A stretch of 64,000 bases of DNA from Torpedo marmorata (Eukaryota), in assembly GCA_977017645.1 (NCBI GenBank), contig OZ360219.1:153574001-153638000 (forward strand), read 5' to 3'. The translations under genes were made by a program, and so were the position numbers. Shown here one piece after another: positions 24,741 through 38,077 of the stretch. Every line of letters starts with the position of its first letter. The stretch's first letter is position 1. The notes beneath the pieces were generated by a model. That model was not told the origin of the DNA. It searched no databases and saw only the letters and a program-made list of their open reading frames with translations.

Positions 24741-25872
24741 GTGAGTAATGAAAATGTTGAAAGACTTTACTTTGTGTTAAAAGTACATATTCATCTTTGG
24801 ATATTCTTGTGATTTTTGGCTTATAACTACATATAGCTATAGCATATAGTCTACATGTAGGAAATTACATTTAGGGGTTAAGTTGCCAGAACAATGAAAG
24901 ACATTTTTTGTATTTTTCTTTGAGATTGGGATAATTTAAAAAAATTGTTATTATTTGGATGGGTGGAGAAATATTAAACAATGTCTACTATTTATAAACT
25001 GCTTTCAAGGAATCCTCGAGAAATAATTTGGTTGAATACAGAAGTTTGCAAGAAAATGTAACTTTTTTCAATTATTAGTATCAGCCTGGTATATTACCTT
25101 GGGCACAGCTGGATCTTTTTGGTTTTCTGGCAGAATATTTTCCAACCTATTTAACCCATGTGTGAAAATGTTGCATTTATTACAATCCTTTTATGTTTAG
25201 TGTTTATATCTTAAGATGAGTTTTGGGATTATTAAATACTCAAATATGTTTTGCTGATTAGAGAAATGATGTTTTGCATAAATAAGCATCAAACTAACAA
25301 TAGTGCAGCTGCTATTTTTTGATGTGCCTTCCTTCCCAAGTGCAAGGACTGCCTGTTAATTGTTGCAGATGAAAAGATTAGAAGGAAGGCTATTGCTTGT
25401 ATAGTTCTCAGAGCTACTTTACAACTTAGTTTCTTAGGTTGAATAATTTAGAGTAATGTTGGCTGACAATGTTCTAGGAATCAGTCTGTTGAATTAATGC
25501 TAATATTTGCTGTTTTAGAATTGAATCATCAGTGCAAATAAATGTTATAATATTTGAAAGTTATCAGGTAGTTATAAGCCAAACATCAATTCATTTCAAA
25601 TTGTTTAAAAATCAGTTGATGTAACCTTGCATTGCTGCATTGTCAAACAAACAACTTGAAAGAAATGCAGCCATTAGTTTTAGTGTATTGCAATTCATGA
25701 CTCTTTTCAGAATGCATTTTAATCTTAAAATGTTTTAATGCTCAAAATGAATTTTCCTTCCATTCTGAAGTTTATTCCAAATTATCCATGTTCTAAAAAT
25801 CTTAAATAACATTTTTAAAGTCTCCACATGTATTACTCTAATTGAAACAGAATATTTTCTTTTTTTTCTTAG

Positions 25873-26080
25873 TAACAATTGGACAGACTACAATCCACGT
25901 ACAAATGTGTTATGGTTGCATTACCTGGCTGACAAAATGTTAAACATGCGTTACAAGAAAAGAGCCACCAAAGCTCTCAAAATGCTTAAAGAACTGTTTG
26001 AAGGGTTCATGATGGAATGTCTGGAGTATCAAAATGCTGCATGCTTACTCCTGTCTAGTCCTCTGTTTCAACAAAACTGA
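25873..26080 (+). CDS. HASPIN: Haspin terminal coding exon (NNWTDYNPRTNVLWLHYLADKML...SSPLFQQN*)
   Basis: Polypyrimidine tract and ag acceptor; matches haspin NVLWLHYLxDKML; TGA at 26078-26080. Confidence 0.95.
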
Positions 26081-26109
26081 AATATTTTGCCATTAAATGC
26101 AGCAATGTA

Positions 26110-26134
26110 AATAAATTTGGATAACTTTAATAAA
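26110..26134 (+). promoter_or_regulatory. Candidate polyadenylation signals of Haspin
   Basis: Two AATAAA hexamers about 30-50 nt after the stop codon; the region is AT-rich, so chance matches are possible. Confidence 0.4.
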
Positions 26135-26602
26135 ACTTTTAAGAATATGATAGAATATCATGTAATACATTGTGTAAATTTCTATTGTAAAATTTAAAAA
26201 AAAGCTGTTGATACTCTGGTTATGTAATATCTGTAGAGAAAGGGCTGATGCACTCAGTCAATGATCTCTCATTCTTATGAAAGTCACCCAAGATGTGTGT
26301 TGATTTTTTTTCTCTCTGCCCCCTCCCAGGAGTTTGTTTTTATTTCTGATTTTGTTTGAAGTGGTTTTTGTTCATGTAAAAATAATTGTTAAAGTGCAGT
26401 CACATATTAAATGTGCTCTTTAATGTCTTGTATTGCCAAAGTGAAAATTCCATTTTAAGTCATTGCTTGTTGGTCAACAACAAGTGAAACATAAACTTTC
26501 AACACTAAGTTTTGGGTGACTTTAAAATATTTTGTTTCCTGGGTGCACAAAGAAGCCAGGTACAGTTCATGGAACCATGAAAATGATCAGCATGCCAGCA
26601 GC

Positions 26603-26880
26603 AGGGTAGCACGGTTGGCGTTGTGGTTAGCGCAACGCCTTTACAGCACCAGCGATTGGGACCGGGGTTCGAATCCCGCGCTGTCTGTAAGGAGTTTGTA
26701 AGTTCTCCCTGTGTCTGCGTGGGTTTTCCCCGGGGGCTCCGGTTTCCTCCCACAGTTCGAAACTTACGAGGGGTGTAGGTTAATTGGGTGTAAATTAGGC
26801 GGCACGGATTCATGGGCTGAATGGCCTGTTTCCGTGCTGTATGTTTAAATTTTTAAAATTAAAAAATTTAAATTTAAAAT
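26603..26880 (+). mobile_element. tRNA-derived V-SINE (HE1-like)
   Basis: A-box-like TGGCGTTGTGG, B box GGTTCGAATCC, V-domain TGCGTGGGTTTTCCCCGGG...CCGGTTTCCTCCCAC, AT-rich tail. Confidence 0.85.
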
Positions 26881-27360
26881 AAATTTAGAAGGGGAGCGGT
26901 TTCCATTTGAGTTTGACAGTTGGTTCATTCAACTAATTGCTATTTGAGTTTTTGTGGCTGTTCCAATTCATAAAATTTAAGACTGGAAGTTGCCATTCAG
27001 CCCATCAGTTCCAGGACCAGTACAGTAGTTCTGCTGGATCTTCAAGGTCACACCCGAGTACAAGTGAACCTTGCATTGGGGGACAAGATTGCCTTGAAAA
27101 CATTTTGCATTGCAATTTTCCATAATGTTAACCTGCCTCATCTGCGCATGTGTCAAGAAGCAAGAGTTGAAAAAAATAACTTTTTAAAATTTACTTTGTT
27201 TCCAGATAAATTCTGTGAGCGAATTTTATTTCATATCTTAAATTTTTTTCAGTAATTTGTGAATTCTGTCTGCTACCTGAATGGCTATACCATTAAATGT
27301 AATGTAGTTTCTACCTCTTATTAGCTGAAAAGTGTGATACTTTCAGACTTCCCTCAAGAT

Positions 27361-29251
27361 CAGTGGTTCCCAAACTTTTTCAGGCTGCTGCCCCCTTGGC
27401 TCCCAGGCCACATCCCTAGTGCCCCCACACCACACATACAACGAACACACACCTCTTGGTTTTAGGTCTACTGCAAATTTAAAACAACAACTATTGTGTC
27501 TCGCCCTTGTAACTTGTAGATAAATACACATCACCTTTTTAATTGGTGTGCCGTGCCTGCTTGTCGCGATACAGGTGGTAGGTACTGATTGTATGAACCC
27601 ACGAATTAACATCGGTATTGTTTTGCAAACTTGTATCAGAACATTACTGGTTTGCGTGCAGGTGTATGTGTGCCTCCTGTTACGTATTGGTGTTGTGTGT
27701 AAATAAAGTTCACCGTTTCGTACTGACACGTAGCAAGGATTGTTACTATTTGAACCCTTTGAACTTGTTTTCCCACCACAGATTGGCGCTATGAGAATGG
27801 TTCAAGGAAAAACAACTGGGCAATTGGGAGGGAGCGATGTTCTGGCAGAAGGCTAAAATGAAGGGCCCCACGTGTACAGGGGACAGAGTATCGTGGTCGA
27901 TCAAAGATACTGCTGGGTTCGGCAGTCTGGCCAGCGTGCTGGAGGAGCATCGCAAGCCGATGGAATGGTCAGATAGCGTGGACTTGTAAAGGAGGAGATT
28001 TGCCACCATCTTGTGTCCCTCCTCAAATAATCGGAGTTCACGGGATGTAAGGGGAGCCATAGAGGGATCTTTTGGCTGCTGACAGTCTTCCTGCGGCATC
28101 GATACGAAGCCTTGTGACGAAAGGAACACGAGATCACCCAGTTAAAATTTGAGGTGTAAACGCTGCTGCAGCATTGCTCCCCGATGGGGAAACCTTGGCC
28201 AGAGAGAATAAAGGCATGCTGCAAGCATGCAGGCTGGTCAATGTACAGTAGTTTGAGCTGTGGCCACATGCCTGCTCCAGATCTGGGACACGGTTGGTAC
28301 AGGCGTGAGCGTACCCCATCAGAAGCAGGTATCTGGGTGGGTTATCCAGTCAGGAAGACGTGAACAATGGCCTGCGGATGCCGTCTGAGGCCATGGAGGG
28401 TAACACATCCCTGTGGGTCTGGGAAGAAGCTGCTGTCTGGGTGATGGGCCCCTCTGCTGCAGTGGGATTCACAGTCGCAGGCAGAGTGGTGAACGGTAGA
28501 GGATGTGATTAGGGCCCTTAGTGACTGGGATCTAGTTACTGGACTATATGAGGGTGCTCACGGCCGTGAGTACCCTGAGGACTCCGGATAACCGCCGCAG
28601 TGGCGGGACACCACCGTCCTTCCCTATCTGAAGGGGATTGTGCTGTCTTTAATCTGTCCAGCGGTTGGTAAGATAGCGAGGGAGACTGCTGGAAGGGCTG
28701 GAGTACTTGGAGAGGGCCGTGCGTGTTTGGGCCTGGAAGGTAGAAAAGAATGTAGGGCTAACTAAGGACCGGATCAACACGATATTCGCCTTCGCCCTGT
28801 ATGCAATCTGGAAGGAGCAATGTGCAGGGAAGTTGAGCGATGGAATGGGATCCGTCCGCAAAGGGCACGTGTTGGGCCATCCCCTGTTGGCGCCTCCTCC
28901 AGGCCACACCGAGGCCCTGCATGCATCCATCGATGCCCTGCAGGAAGCAGTGGTGGAGCTGCAGTGTCACAAGGGGTGGACCAGTATATGGCGACCGTCC
29001 ACTCCGCTGCAGTAGGATTGTGGCCAGATCTCCCGGTAGATTCGTTCACCTGTCATTTCCCGGCTGGGAATTTCAAGGCCAAATATCCCAGACCACGTAA
29101 CCAAGATACAAACAAACGTTCGGACCACCCCCTTTTTCCTCAACGCCCCCTGACTGCCCCCTTTTTCCTCACCGCCCCCTGACCGCCCCCTTGGAGCTTT
29201 CCACCGCCCCCCGGGGAGGGGGGGCAGCACCGCCCACTTTGGGAATCACTA
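27361..29251. mobile_element. Non-autonomous hAT (Charlie-like) element enclosing an LTR-retroelement 5' fragment
   Basis: TIRs CAGTGGTTCCCAAA / TTTGGGAATCACTA; subterminal GCCCCC repeats; the 8-bp TSD is only partly recognisable. Confidence 0.65.
27508..29015 (+). mobile_element. Truncated LTR retroelement: single LTR (27508-27780), PBS, degenerate gag-like sequence
   Basis: TG...CA segment containing AATAAA, followed by TGGCGCTATGAGAATGGT, which matches 14/18 of the recalled tRNA-Ser(CGA) PBS; no second LTR and no pol. Confidence 0.5.
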
Positions 29252-29314
29252 CAGATGGATAAAAAAGTTTCCTCGTCTTTCTTATATTAATTACAGTACT
29301 TAAATTCTGTGCCC

Positions 29315-32300
29315 TGTGGCGGCCCGCCACTGCGGAGATCGAGCCAGCACATCACGCGGCGCGCACGGTAGTAAACAGCGGCGTAACGCGACCCTAAGTA
29401 TAGCAAACCGGTGCGGTTGAAAGCTGGAGCAGTACAAGACCAGCAGCCCTAAAATGGTGCTGGCCAAGCTGCCCAGTTAACAGATCAATATCAGGCTGGG
29501 GAAGAAGGGTATTCATATGTAAGAACGTTCCCGCCCACTATTGTTATTCATGCGGCTGATGTCAACCAATCAACTCAAATGGCGGGAACTCCAACTGTAT
29601 AAAAGAAGCATTTCCAGCCTCAATAAACCAGAGAGCTTAACCTTCCACACTGCGTGTGTGCGTTTCTTCGTAGCAGTCGGCTACAATTGGTGACCCCGAC
29701 GGTTTAAACGGCATCTAAACCCAGCGATGGATAGCAAAGCAGCGATCAGCGCAGTCGGCCTCAAGCTCCCGACCTTCTGGACAGTTCGACCAGGCTGAGG
29801 CTCAGTTCCAGATTCGGGGCATCACAGCTGAGACCACACGGTACTACCATGTGGTCAGCACCCTGGATCCAGAGACTGCAGACAGGGTGGCCAACTTCAT
29901 CCAGAGGCCACCATTGGAAGGCCATTACACTGTCTTCAAAGAGCTATAGACTGAGACCTTCGGGCTCTCGCGGCGAGAGAGGGGCACGGCTGCTCCACCT
30001 GGATGGGCTAGGGGACAGATCCCTGTCAGCGCTCATGAACGAGTTGCTAGCCCTCCTGGGAGACCACGAGCCCTGCGTCATGTTCGAGCAGGCGTTCTTG
30101 GAGCAGCTGCCCGAGGACATCCAACTGCTCCTGGCTGACGCGGATTTCAGCGACTCCCAGAAAGTCGCAGCATGGGCAGATATTCTGTGGAAGTAGAAAC
30201 AGAAGTGCTCGGCTACCGTGGGGCTCCTCACGAAGTCTTGCAACCCGGCCCTGGAAAGGAGCGGCAGGCAAGAGGCAGGGACGAGTCCAAGGAGAGATGG
30301 TGCTTCTACCACCAAAGATGGGGCTCCGAGGCCCGCCGATGCCGGTCGCCCTGCGAGTTCCAGGGAAACGACAAGGCCAGCCGTCGCTGATGGCCACGGT
30401 GGCTGGCCATCGAGAGAGCCTCCTGTACGTATGGGATCGCCTTTCTGGTAGACGATTCTTGGTGGATACAGGAGTGGAGATCAGCGTGATGCCCCCGACA
30501 GGTTTGGACACTAGATGCAGGCAAGCGGGCCCCACGTTGAGGGCTGCCAACAACAGCAGCATACGGACCTATGGCAAGTGTAGGGCCGAGCTGCAGTTCG
30601 GAGGCAGTCACTTCTCGTGGGAGTTCATGCTGGCCGCAGTGGAACAGCCACTCCTTGGAGCGGACTTCCTGTGGGCCCACAGCCTCCTAGTGGACCTCAA
30701 GGGCAAGAGACTCGTGCACGCGGAAACGTTCCAAACCTTCGCACTGAGGGGCGCCAGGCTCCCGGCACTGCACCTGGACTTCGTCCACAGCTTGGATGAT
30801 GAGTTCTCCAAAGCGCTGGCCGAGTTCCCGGCAATCCTTTCCCCTCAGTTCATGGTGGAGGTGCCCCGACACGGCGTCAGGCATTCCATCCTTACCAAGG
30901 GTCAACCTCTCCACGCAAGGGCGAGACAACTTCCCCCGGAGAAGCTTCAACTGGCCAAGGAGGAGTTCTGGAAGCTCGAGGAGTTAGGCATCGTTTGGCA
31001 GTTGGACAGTCCATGGGCTTCTCCCCTGCACATGGTGCCCAAAGCATCTGGGGGCTGGAGACTGTGCGGCGACTACAGCCGGCTTAACGAGGCCACCACT
31101 CCAGATCTTTACCCCGTACCGCATATCCAGGACTTTGCGGAAAACCTGCACGGAGCGACGATCTTCTCCAAAGTGGATGATGCGAGGGTACCACCAAATC
31201 GCGGTGCACCCTGACGACGTCCCCAAGATGGCCATCATCACTTCATTTGGGATGTTCGAGTTCCTGAGGATGCCATTCGGGTTAAGAACGCGGCACAGAC
31301 CTTCCAGCAACTGATGGACGCGGTGGGCCGAGACCTGGATGGCACCTTCGTCTACTTAGACGATATCCTGGTGGTGAGCAGAACCCGGCAGGAACATCTA
31401 CAACACTCCGAAGCCTCTACAGTTGCCTACGTGAGTTCGGCCTTACTATCAACTTGGCTAAATGCCAGTTCGGGCTGAGCACGATTGACTTCCTGGGCCA
31501 CAGGATTACCAAATGCGGGGCCACGCCACTACCCAGCAAGGTGGAGGCTATCCACAACTTCCTGAGGCCCAGTATGACCAAAGGACTGCAGGAGTTCGTG
31601 GGGATGGTCAACTTTTATTGCAGATTCATCCCCGCAGCTGCTCGAACTATTCGCCCACTCTTCACCCTGATGACCGGCAAGGCGAAGGACTTGACCTGGG
31701 ACGATGACTCAGCACGAGCGTTCGTAGAAGCAAAGGAAGCCCTGGCTTATGCCGCACTCCGGCCCACCCCAGGTTAGACGCACCCACAGCCCTCACGGTC
31801 GATGCCTCAGGAACGGCGATTGGTGAGTTCTGGAGCAGCAGATAGAAGGAAGTTGGCGTCCACTAGCTTTCTTCAGCAAATATCTGCGGCCCCCTGAGCT
31901 AAAGTACAGTGCTTTTGACAGAGAGCTACTGGCGCTGTACTTAGCCATCCGCCACTTCTGGTACTTCCTAGAGGGAAGGGCTTTCACAGACCACAAGCCA
32001 TTGATGTTCGCCCTGGCCAAGATCTTCGATCCCTGGTCAGCCCGCCAGCAGAGACACTTGTCTTACGTCTCGGAGTACACCACCGACGTAAGGCACATCT
32101 CGGGAAAAGACAACGTGGTCGCGGACGCCTTGTCAAAACAGAGCATCCACTCTCTGGCTAACGGACTGGATTTCGTGGCACTAGCGGAGGCACAGCAGCA
32201 GGATGACGAGATGCCTCAGTACTGGACCGCCGTCACAGGGCTGCAGCTTCAGGACATCCCAGTCAGCATAGGTAACACTACCCTCCTGTGCGACGTGGCC

Positions 32301-33805
32301 ACCGGGCAGTTCGACCTATCGTCCCAATGGCATGGAGGCGACGAGTTTTCGACTCCATCCACGGGCTGGCACATCCATCAATCAGGACCACGGACTGGTT
32401 GGTGGCCAGCAAGTACGCGTGGCATGGATTGTGGAAACAAGTCAACGGGTGGGCCAAGACATGCACACAGTGCCAAACAGCCAAGGTACAGCGGCAAACC
32501 AAGGTCCCCCCGCAGCCTTTCGAGACAACAGAGCGAAGGTTTGACCACATTCACGTGGACATAGTTGGACCCTTACCAGTCTCACAGGGTTTCCGCTGCC
32601 TGTTCACAGTGGTCGACCGTTTCACTCGGTGGTCAGGAGCAATCCCCCTGGCCGACACATCCACCAGGTCCTGCGCCAAGGCACTCGTCTCGTCCTGGGT
32701 AGCAAGTTTCAGGCTACCACGCCACATAACCTCCGACAGAGGCGCACAATTAACCTCCAGCCTGTGGACCGACGTTGCCAACCTGTGGGGCGCCCAGCTA
32801 CACCACACGACAGCATACCACCCGCAGTCTAACGGGCTGGTTGAGCGCTTCCACAGGCACCTCAAGGCCGCCTTTATTACCAGACTCAAGGGCCCCAACT
32901 GGGTTGACGAACTGCCATGGGCACTGCTGGGGATTTGTACAGCCCCGAAGGAAGACTTCCACACATTCTCCGCCGAGCTCGTCTACGGAGCTCCACTCAA
33001 GGTCCCCGGGGATTTCGTCCCAACGGCCAGAGGTCAACAGGAGGATACAAACACCTTCCTGGACAGGCTGCGGGAAAAGGTCGGTAACCTGGCTCCGATC
33101 CCACCCTCCAGACACGGGCAAGCCAAGTTCAACATCCCTAAATAACTCCAAGACTGTGAGTATGTGTTCGTACGCAGAGGGCCACACTGTCCACTGCTGC
33201 AGAAGCCCTACGAAGGCCCCTTCCGAGTCGTCCGTAACAACGGGGCCACCTTCGAACTGGACATCGGTGGCAAACCAGAGGTCTTCACTGCAAGCCGGCA
33301 CACACGGACCTGACACAACCCGTGGAGACGCCAGCACCTCGGCGCAGAGGCAGACCACCAAAGACATTGGGGACTGCATCCACGGACACTATGAACTGTA
33401 GCACCGGTTCTGGGGGGGGGTGGTCATGTGGCAGCCCGCAACCGCAGAGATCAAGCCGTCACATCGCGCGGCGCGCACGGTAGTAAACAGCGGCATAACA
33501 CACTGTAACACGACCCTTAGCATAGCGAACCGGTGCGGTTGAAAGCTGGAGCATTACAAGACCAGCAGCCCTAAAATGATGCTGGCCAAGCTGCCCAGCT
33601 AACAGATCAATACCAGGCTGGGGAAGGAGGGTATTCATATGCAAGAACGTTCCTGCCCGCTATTGTTATTCATGCAGCTGATGTCAACCAATCAACTCAA
33701 ATGGCGGGAACTCCAACTGTATAAAAGAAGCATTTCCAGCATCAATAAACCAGAGAGCTTAACCTTCCACACTGCGTGTGTGTTTCTTCGTAGCAGTCGG
33801 CTACA
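29315..33805 (+). mobile_element. Full-length degenerate Gypsy LTR retrotransposon (gag-PR-RT-RH-IN)
   Basis: LTRs 29315-29685 and 33427-33805; TSD GCCC; tRNA-Trp PBS TGGTGACCCCGAC; G-run PPT; gag KLPTFW; PR LVDTG; RT YLDD; RH NVVADALS; IN HHCC, SDRG, NGLVER; several frameshifts. Confidence 0.96.
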
Positions 33806-34059
33806 GCCCTTTAGTTTTTGACGACTTCTATTTATTCTGTACATTCATAATTTTCTGCATCTCAGTTAAGTCTCTCCTCAGCTCATCTATTCTGGTTTTT
33901 TTTTAATCTCATGTCTTTTATTTTAAGTCTGGTCTGTGATCATTTTCTTTAAGGTGTCTTTGTTCCTCCGCATGACTTGATGACCTGCTGTTGATTGTGT
34001 ATTGCCTTGTTATATTTCCACAAATGCATCACTAAAGTGTCTGGTATTGTAAATAGTGA

Positions 34060-34900
34060 ATATGTTTGTCAAAAATTGCAACAGGATCTTGATCAGGTAG
34101 GAAGAGGATTGGTTGATGGAATTTAATGCAGAGAAATGTGAGGTGTTGCATTTTGGGAAGTCTGACAAAGGTAGGACCTACAGAGAGTGATGGGTAGTGC
34201 TGCAGAACCGAGAGATCGAGCACAGGTACATAGTCCCTTGAAAATGGAGTTACAGGTAGACCAGGTGTTCAAAAAGGCTTTCATCAGTCAGAGTATTGCG
34301 TATTGATGTTGGGATGTCATGTTGCAGTTGTACAAGATATTGGTGAGGCCCCATTTTGAGAATTGTGTTCAGTTTTGGCCAGGAAAGATGTCAGTTTGGA
34401 GAGGGTGCAGAGAAGATTTACGAGGATGTTGCCAGGACTCGGGGGAGGGGAGGGGGGTCTGAGCTATAGGGAGAGGCTGAGCAGGCTAGAACTTTATTCC
34501 TTGGAGTGCAAGAGGATGAGGAATGATCTCATGGAGGTACACAAAATCATGCGAGGAATAGATCAGTCTTTTGTCCAGAGTCGGGGAACGTGTAAATCAG
34601 AAGTTATGTTTAAATTGAGGGGGAACCTGTAACCAGAAGTTGGGTTTAAGTTGAGGGGGAAGAGATTTAACAGGATCCTGAGGGGTAACTTTTTATGTTA
34701 CACGGGGTACTGAGTGCATGGAGGTGGTTGAGGCAGGTACTATTGCAATGCATAAGAAAAATTTGGACGGACACATGGTTAGGATGGGTTGAGAGTGGTA
34801 TGGGCCAATTGCAAGCAGGTAGGACAAGTGTGGGTGGGACATTTTGTTTGGCGTAGGCAAGTTGAACTGAAGGGCCTGTTTCGAAGCTACATGACTCTTT
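34060..34900 (+). mobile_element. CR1 3' fragment
   Basis: LERVQRRFTRMLPGL...LSYRERLSRL motif and CR1-type 3' UTR. Confidence 0.8.
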
Positions 34901-36040
34901 GTTTTTTTAAAAAATTGGTCTAAATATTTCTAGATGGGAATATTAAGATTTTCAATATGTGATGATGAAGGCACAGAAAATACCAGGATGGAGTGTAACT
35001 TGGAGGTGATTTCCATAAACCCGTTGCCTCAACATTGGAGCATGTTTTCTCTAATTTTCTACTTGGACATTCTTGGTGTCATGTTAATTTGCATGCTCTC
35101 TGCTTGTTGAAGATTGATAATCTTAAAATGCTACCAGCTGAAGAGTAAAATGAGGAAGAAGAGGCCATGGACCATTGCAGACAAATTTGCTACCACCAGC
35201 AAGACTTGATTGGAGAGTGTTTGTGTTTATTGGGTTGAATGGGAAGTGCTGTTTTTAAAAAAAAAAGTAGCCAGAGTCATGACACCTGAGAGTGTATCTT
35301 CCTGCTTCCCAAATAATTATCCATTCTGAGATGAGATACAAAGGCCCTGACCCTCCAGCTGACAGTAATAATAATCCATTAGCATTGATTCAGCCAATCC
35401 TTCAGAATTATGTGCGTCTCCCATGAGGTCACCTCTCAATACTTCAGTGATGATGGGCCAATCTTTAAAGCTTTTCAGGACCCTTAAGTTCATATGGATG
35501 CTGCGTGACCTGCTGATTTTCTCCAGCATGTTTGTATATTGTGCTTGACCCCAGCATCTGCAGTCTTTCTTGTTTAACTCAGGACAACCTTTTCAACCCA
35601 AGAATTGATCAAGGAAATTTGCACCAGACTGATTTCAAGGCAGCTATGTACATCTTCAGATAGACAAGAAAAGTACTCTGGGTGGAGTCTCCTTTAAGGT
35701 CTTCCATTATTGCAACAATTTGTGAGGGAACGATAACCATAAATCTATATTATGAATCTAATGCAGAGAATGAAAATAAGGCTATTGTCCAAGAGCACAT
35801 TCAAAATTTGCTTTGTTATTTGTCTCAATTTGTTATCAATTCATGCAGTGATTCCAAACTAATCTGATTACGTTCACACCTGGTATTGGAATAATTGTTA
35901 ATATATTAATTGTAGAGACAGTTTGATGATTTGATGACGTGAAGCCCTCCATATGCTTTATTTTTTGTGTATGTAAGTAGCAATACTTTTGATTTTAGTT
36001 GACAATTGTAACGAATGTGTTAATGTCAATATTAATATTT

Positions 36041-37393
36041 CAGAATCAGAATTTATTGTCATGAACAAGTCATGAAATTCGGTGTTTTGCGGCAGCATCA
36101 TAGTGCAATTAACATTCATATTAACCATCTAACGACATTACTATAAAAATTATAAACAATAGTGCACAAAAAGTAAGGTAGTGTCTTTGGTTCATTGATT
36201 ATTCAGGAATCTGATGGCAGCGGGGAAGAAGCTGTCCTTGTGCCGTTGAGTTCTCATCTTAAGGCTCCTGTACCTTTTCCCCGATGGAAACAGAATGAAG
36301 AGGGCATGGCCTGGGTGGTGGGGGTCCTTGAGGATAGAGGCTGCTTTTTTAAGACACCGCCTCATGTAGATGTCCTCGATGGAGTGAAGTTTGGTGCCTG
36401 TGATGTCACAGGCTGAGTTAACAACCTTCTGGAGTTTACTTTTGTCCTGGGAGTTGGCGCCGCCATACCAGGCAGTGATGCAACCAGCCAGAATGCTCTC
36501 CACGGTACACCTGTAGAAGTTTACGAGAGTCTTTGGTGACATACCGAATCTCCGCAAACACCTCACAAAGTATAGCCGCTGACGAGCCTTCTTTGTGATT
36601 GCATCCACGTGGATGCTCCAGGACAGATCCTCGGAGATGTTGACACCCAGGAATTTGAAGTTCTTGACCCTCTCCACTACTGAGTCCTCGATGAGGACTG
36701 GGTCGTGTTCCCCTGACTTCCTCCAGAAGTCACAATCATCTCCTTGGTTTTGCTGACGTTGAGCTCAAGGTTGTTGTCATTACACCATTCAACGAGCTGA
36801 TCTATCTCCCTCCTGTACGCTTCCTCATTGCCGTTTGTGATTCTGCCGACAACTGTGGTGTCATCGGCAAACTTGTATATGGCATTGGAATTGTGCCTGG
36901 CCACACAGTCATGAGTGTATAACGAGTAGAGCAGTGGACTAAGCACGCATCCTTGGGGTGCGCCTGTGTTGATAATCAGTGAGGAGGAGACGTTGATTCC
37001 AATTTGTACTGACTGTGGTCTTCCGATGAGAAAGTCAAGGATCCAGTTGCAGAGGGGGGTACCGAGGCCTAGAGTTTGTAGCTTCTTGACCAGTACTGAG
37101 GGAATAATGGTATTGAAGGCCGAGCTGTAGTCGATGAAGAGCAACCGTATGTATGAATTGCTGTTTTCGAGGTGATCCAGAGCTGAGTGGAGAGCCAGCG
37201 ATATTGCATCTGCTCTGGAGCGATTGTGGCGATAGGCGAATTGCAGTGGGTCCAGATCTTTGCTTAGGTACCGGTATGTGTTAATTCTGGCCATGACCAG
37301 CCTCTCAAAGCATTTCATCACAGTAGAAGTTAGTGCTACTGGGCAGTAATCGTTGAGGCAGCTCACACTACTCTTCTTGGGTACCGGGATGAT
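36041..37393 (-). mobile_element. Young Rex1/Babar LINE, 5'-truncated, in the Gmr1 5' LTR
   Basis: ORFs 36677-37366 and 36192-36677 form RT plus C-terminus with one frameshift; (GATTCT)n tail; LTR sequence resumes on both sides. Confidence 0.92.
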
Positions 37394-38077
37394 TAATTTA
37401 AAGTTAAGTTATAGAATTATATATCTTAGTAAGGTTAGTTGTGGGCTGGTACAGGGTCACACACAGGTCACAGCACATTTGCAGAGAAAAAAACATTACT
37501 CAGAGAGAGTTCAGTTTGGAATCGAAGCGTCTATGAAAGACAAAAGCCATAAAAACTGAAGTGGTTTTTAAAAGCCTTATGATAGCAGCTGTTGCAAACT
37601 CAAGTGCCATTTGAGTGACATATGCCAGACTATTTGGAGTCGTAATCACTTATAATATTGGAACAGAGATAAGGTCAAATGTTTTGTGGATGTAAGTGAT
37701 TTTGAAGAAAGGCATGAGATAATGCTTTCAAAAATGACTAAAACTGTGGTGATGTAATGTCACATGATGTCAGAAATATATAATGAAACCAGAGAGACAT
37801 TTTGAAACAGATTGAACCAGACTGCACCAGACTGAAGAAACTCTGACACTTTGGAAGGACAAAGAAAAAATCTGAAGAACTTTGATATTCTGGAAAGGCA
37901 GAATCATTTTATGAACAGTGATCTCTAAGTGAATGGAGGTGCTGTTTCTGTGTATTATCCTTATCATAGGAGATACACCATATAAGTGGCTTTTAAAATA
38001 AGTAAGACCACTTTCAAATTGTTTCTAAGAAAAGAGAACATCACCATATGTTACTCCTGATCAAGAAAGAAATCATC

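Noticed and set aside
26603-26680. tRNA gene
   Set aside because: The A/B boxes are the head of a V-SINE that continues into a V-domain and tail.
28967-29010. CSGVDGRHILVHP as a Harbinger transposase DG(K/R)H motif
   Set aside because: It stops immediately afterwards with no following Harbinger motifs; likely an antisense coincidence.
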